The notes below the pieces were generated by a model. The model saw only the letters and a program-made list of their open reading frames with translations. It was not told where the DNA came from and made no database searches. Shown here piece by piece: positions 63,559 to 64,000 of a DNA stretch of 64,000 bases (position 1 is its first letter; the number at the start of each line of letters is the position of its first letter). The stretch lies in the NCBI GenBank assembly GCA_000004985.1, contig GG738854.1. One strand, 5' to 3'. The stretch comes from Naegleria gruberi (lineage: Eukaryota). The translations under genes and the position numbers were made by a program.

Positions 63559-64000
63559 AATTCAATTAATACTCCTGTTGTGTCCATTCCGCAAGTGAAG
63601 GTTGAAAAAATTATCTGTTTAAAATGAAGATGAATCATGGAGAATTTTTGTTTTAATTAATTTATTTTTATTTTATAAATTTAAGCGCCAACGAGAACCG
63701 TTACGAATCATCCTTCAAAAATATCATTTTTTCATCACAACAATAAAAAAATCTTTCTAGATTATCAGGCAATCCGATCTCACAAATTATTCTCACTTCA
63801 ATCCCAAACCAGATGCAAAATTCTTCTTCTCACAATACTAATATCATCACATGATCCATCGAAAATATCTTTGCCAAAGGAATTACCCAGCCGATAGGGT
63901 TGCTCATCATTCTCCTCACCATCACAAACTCTCTTCAATTCATCAAAACTAACGCTCCATGACCATTTAGAAGGTGTATCTATTATACAATGATTCGTAA

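Noticed and set aside
1-64000. Prokaryotic interpretation (operons, RBS, defence islands, CRISPR arrays)
   Set aside because: Genes are interrupted by GT-AG introns of 41 to 190 nt. Proteins include eukaryote-type receptor kinases, RGS, RCC1, ankyrin and F-box folds. No direct-repeat/spacer arrays, tRNA or rRNA features were seen.

Overview
This window is eukaryotic nuclear DNA from an AT-rich protist-like genome, with genes on both strands. About 30 protein-coding genes are supported. Most spliceosomal introns are very short: 13 of the 17 mapped are 41 to 53 nt, and the others are 55 (non-canonical), 105, 119 and 188 nt. Donors are GTAAGT, GTATGT, GTAGGT, GTACGT or GTTTGT, and acceptors are YAG. 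Stop codons are almost all TAA, with some TAG. Start codons usually follow a run of A. The ORF track calls TTG and GTG as start codons, so its 'M' residues are often not real starts; starts and exon structures here were re-derived by hand. The gene set is consistent with an amoeboid protist such as a heterolobosean or amoebozoan, but the organism cannot be determined from the sequence alone.

The window is dominated by signalling genes:
- two tandem genes (1675 and 1667 aa) for polytopic membrane proteins with a PAS domain and a class III adenylyl-cyclase domain, whose 3' halves are about 99% identical in a patchwork pattern;
- three paralogous single-pass receptor kinases whose extracellular domains are built from Chlamydia-Pmp-like GGA[ILV]/FxxN beta-helix repeats;
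- two RGS-domain paralogs, both with coding lesions, one of them next to a roughly seven-transmembrane protein;
- a protein kinase fused to a U1/JAZ-type zinc finger and a double-stranded RNA-binding motif;
- an atypical kinase, and an RWP-RK putative transcription factor.

Other genes encode an ADP-ribosylglycohydrolase, a signal-peptide-bearing PepT-like M20 tripeptidase, a catalytically dead pepsin-like homolog, a cytochrome-b5-fused front-end desaturase, an HxxxD acyltransferase, a HIT protein, a START-like protein, RCC1, ankyrin and LRR/F-box proteins, and several membrane proteins. Two copies of a dispersed non-coding repeat of roughly 0.7 kb sit in the two longest intergenic regions. 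A GCGCGAAA (E2F-like) motif recurs just upstream of several start codons. No rRNA, tRNA or CRISPR features were found.
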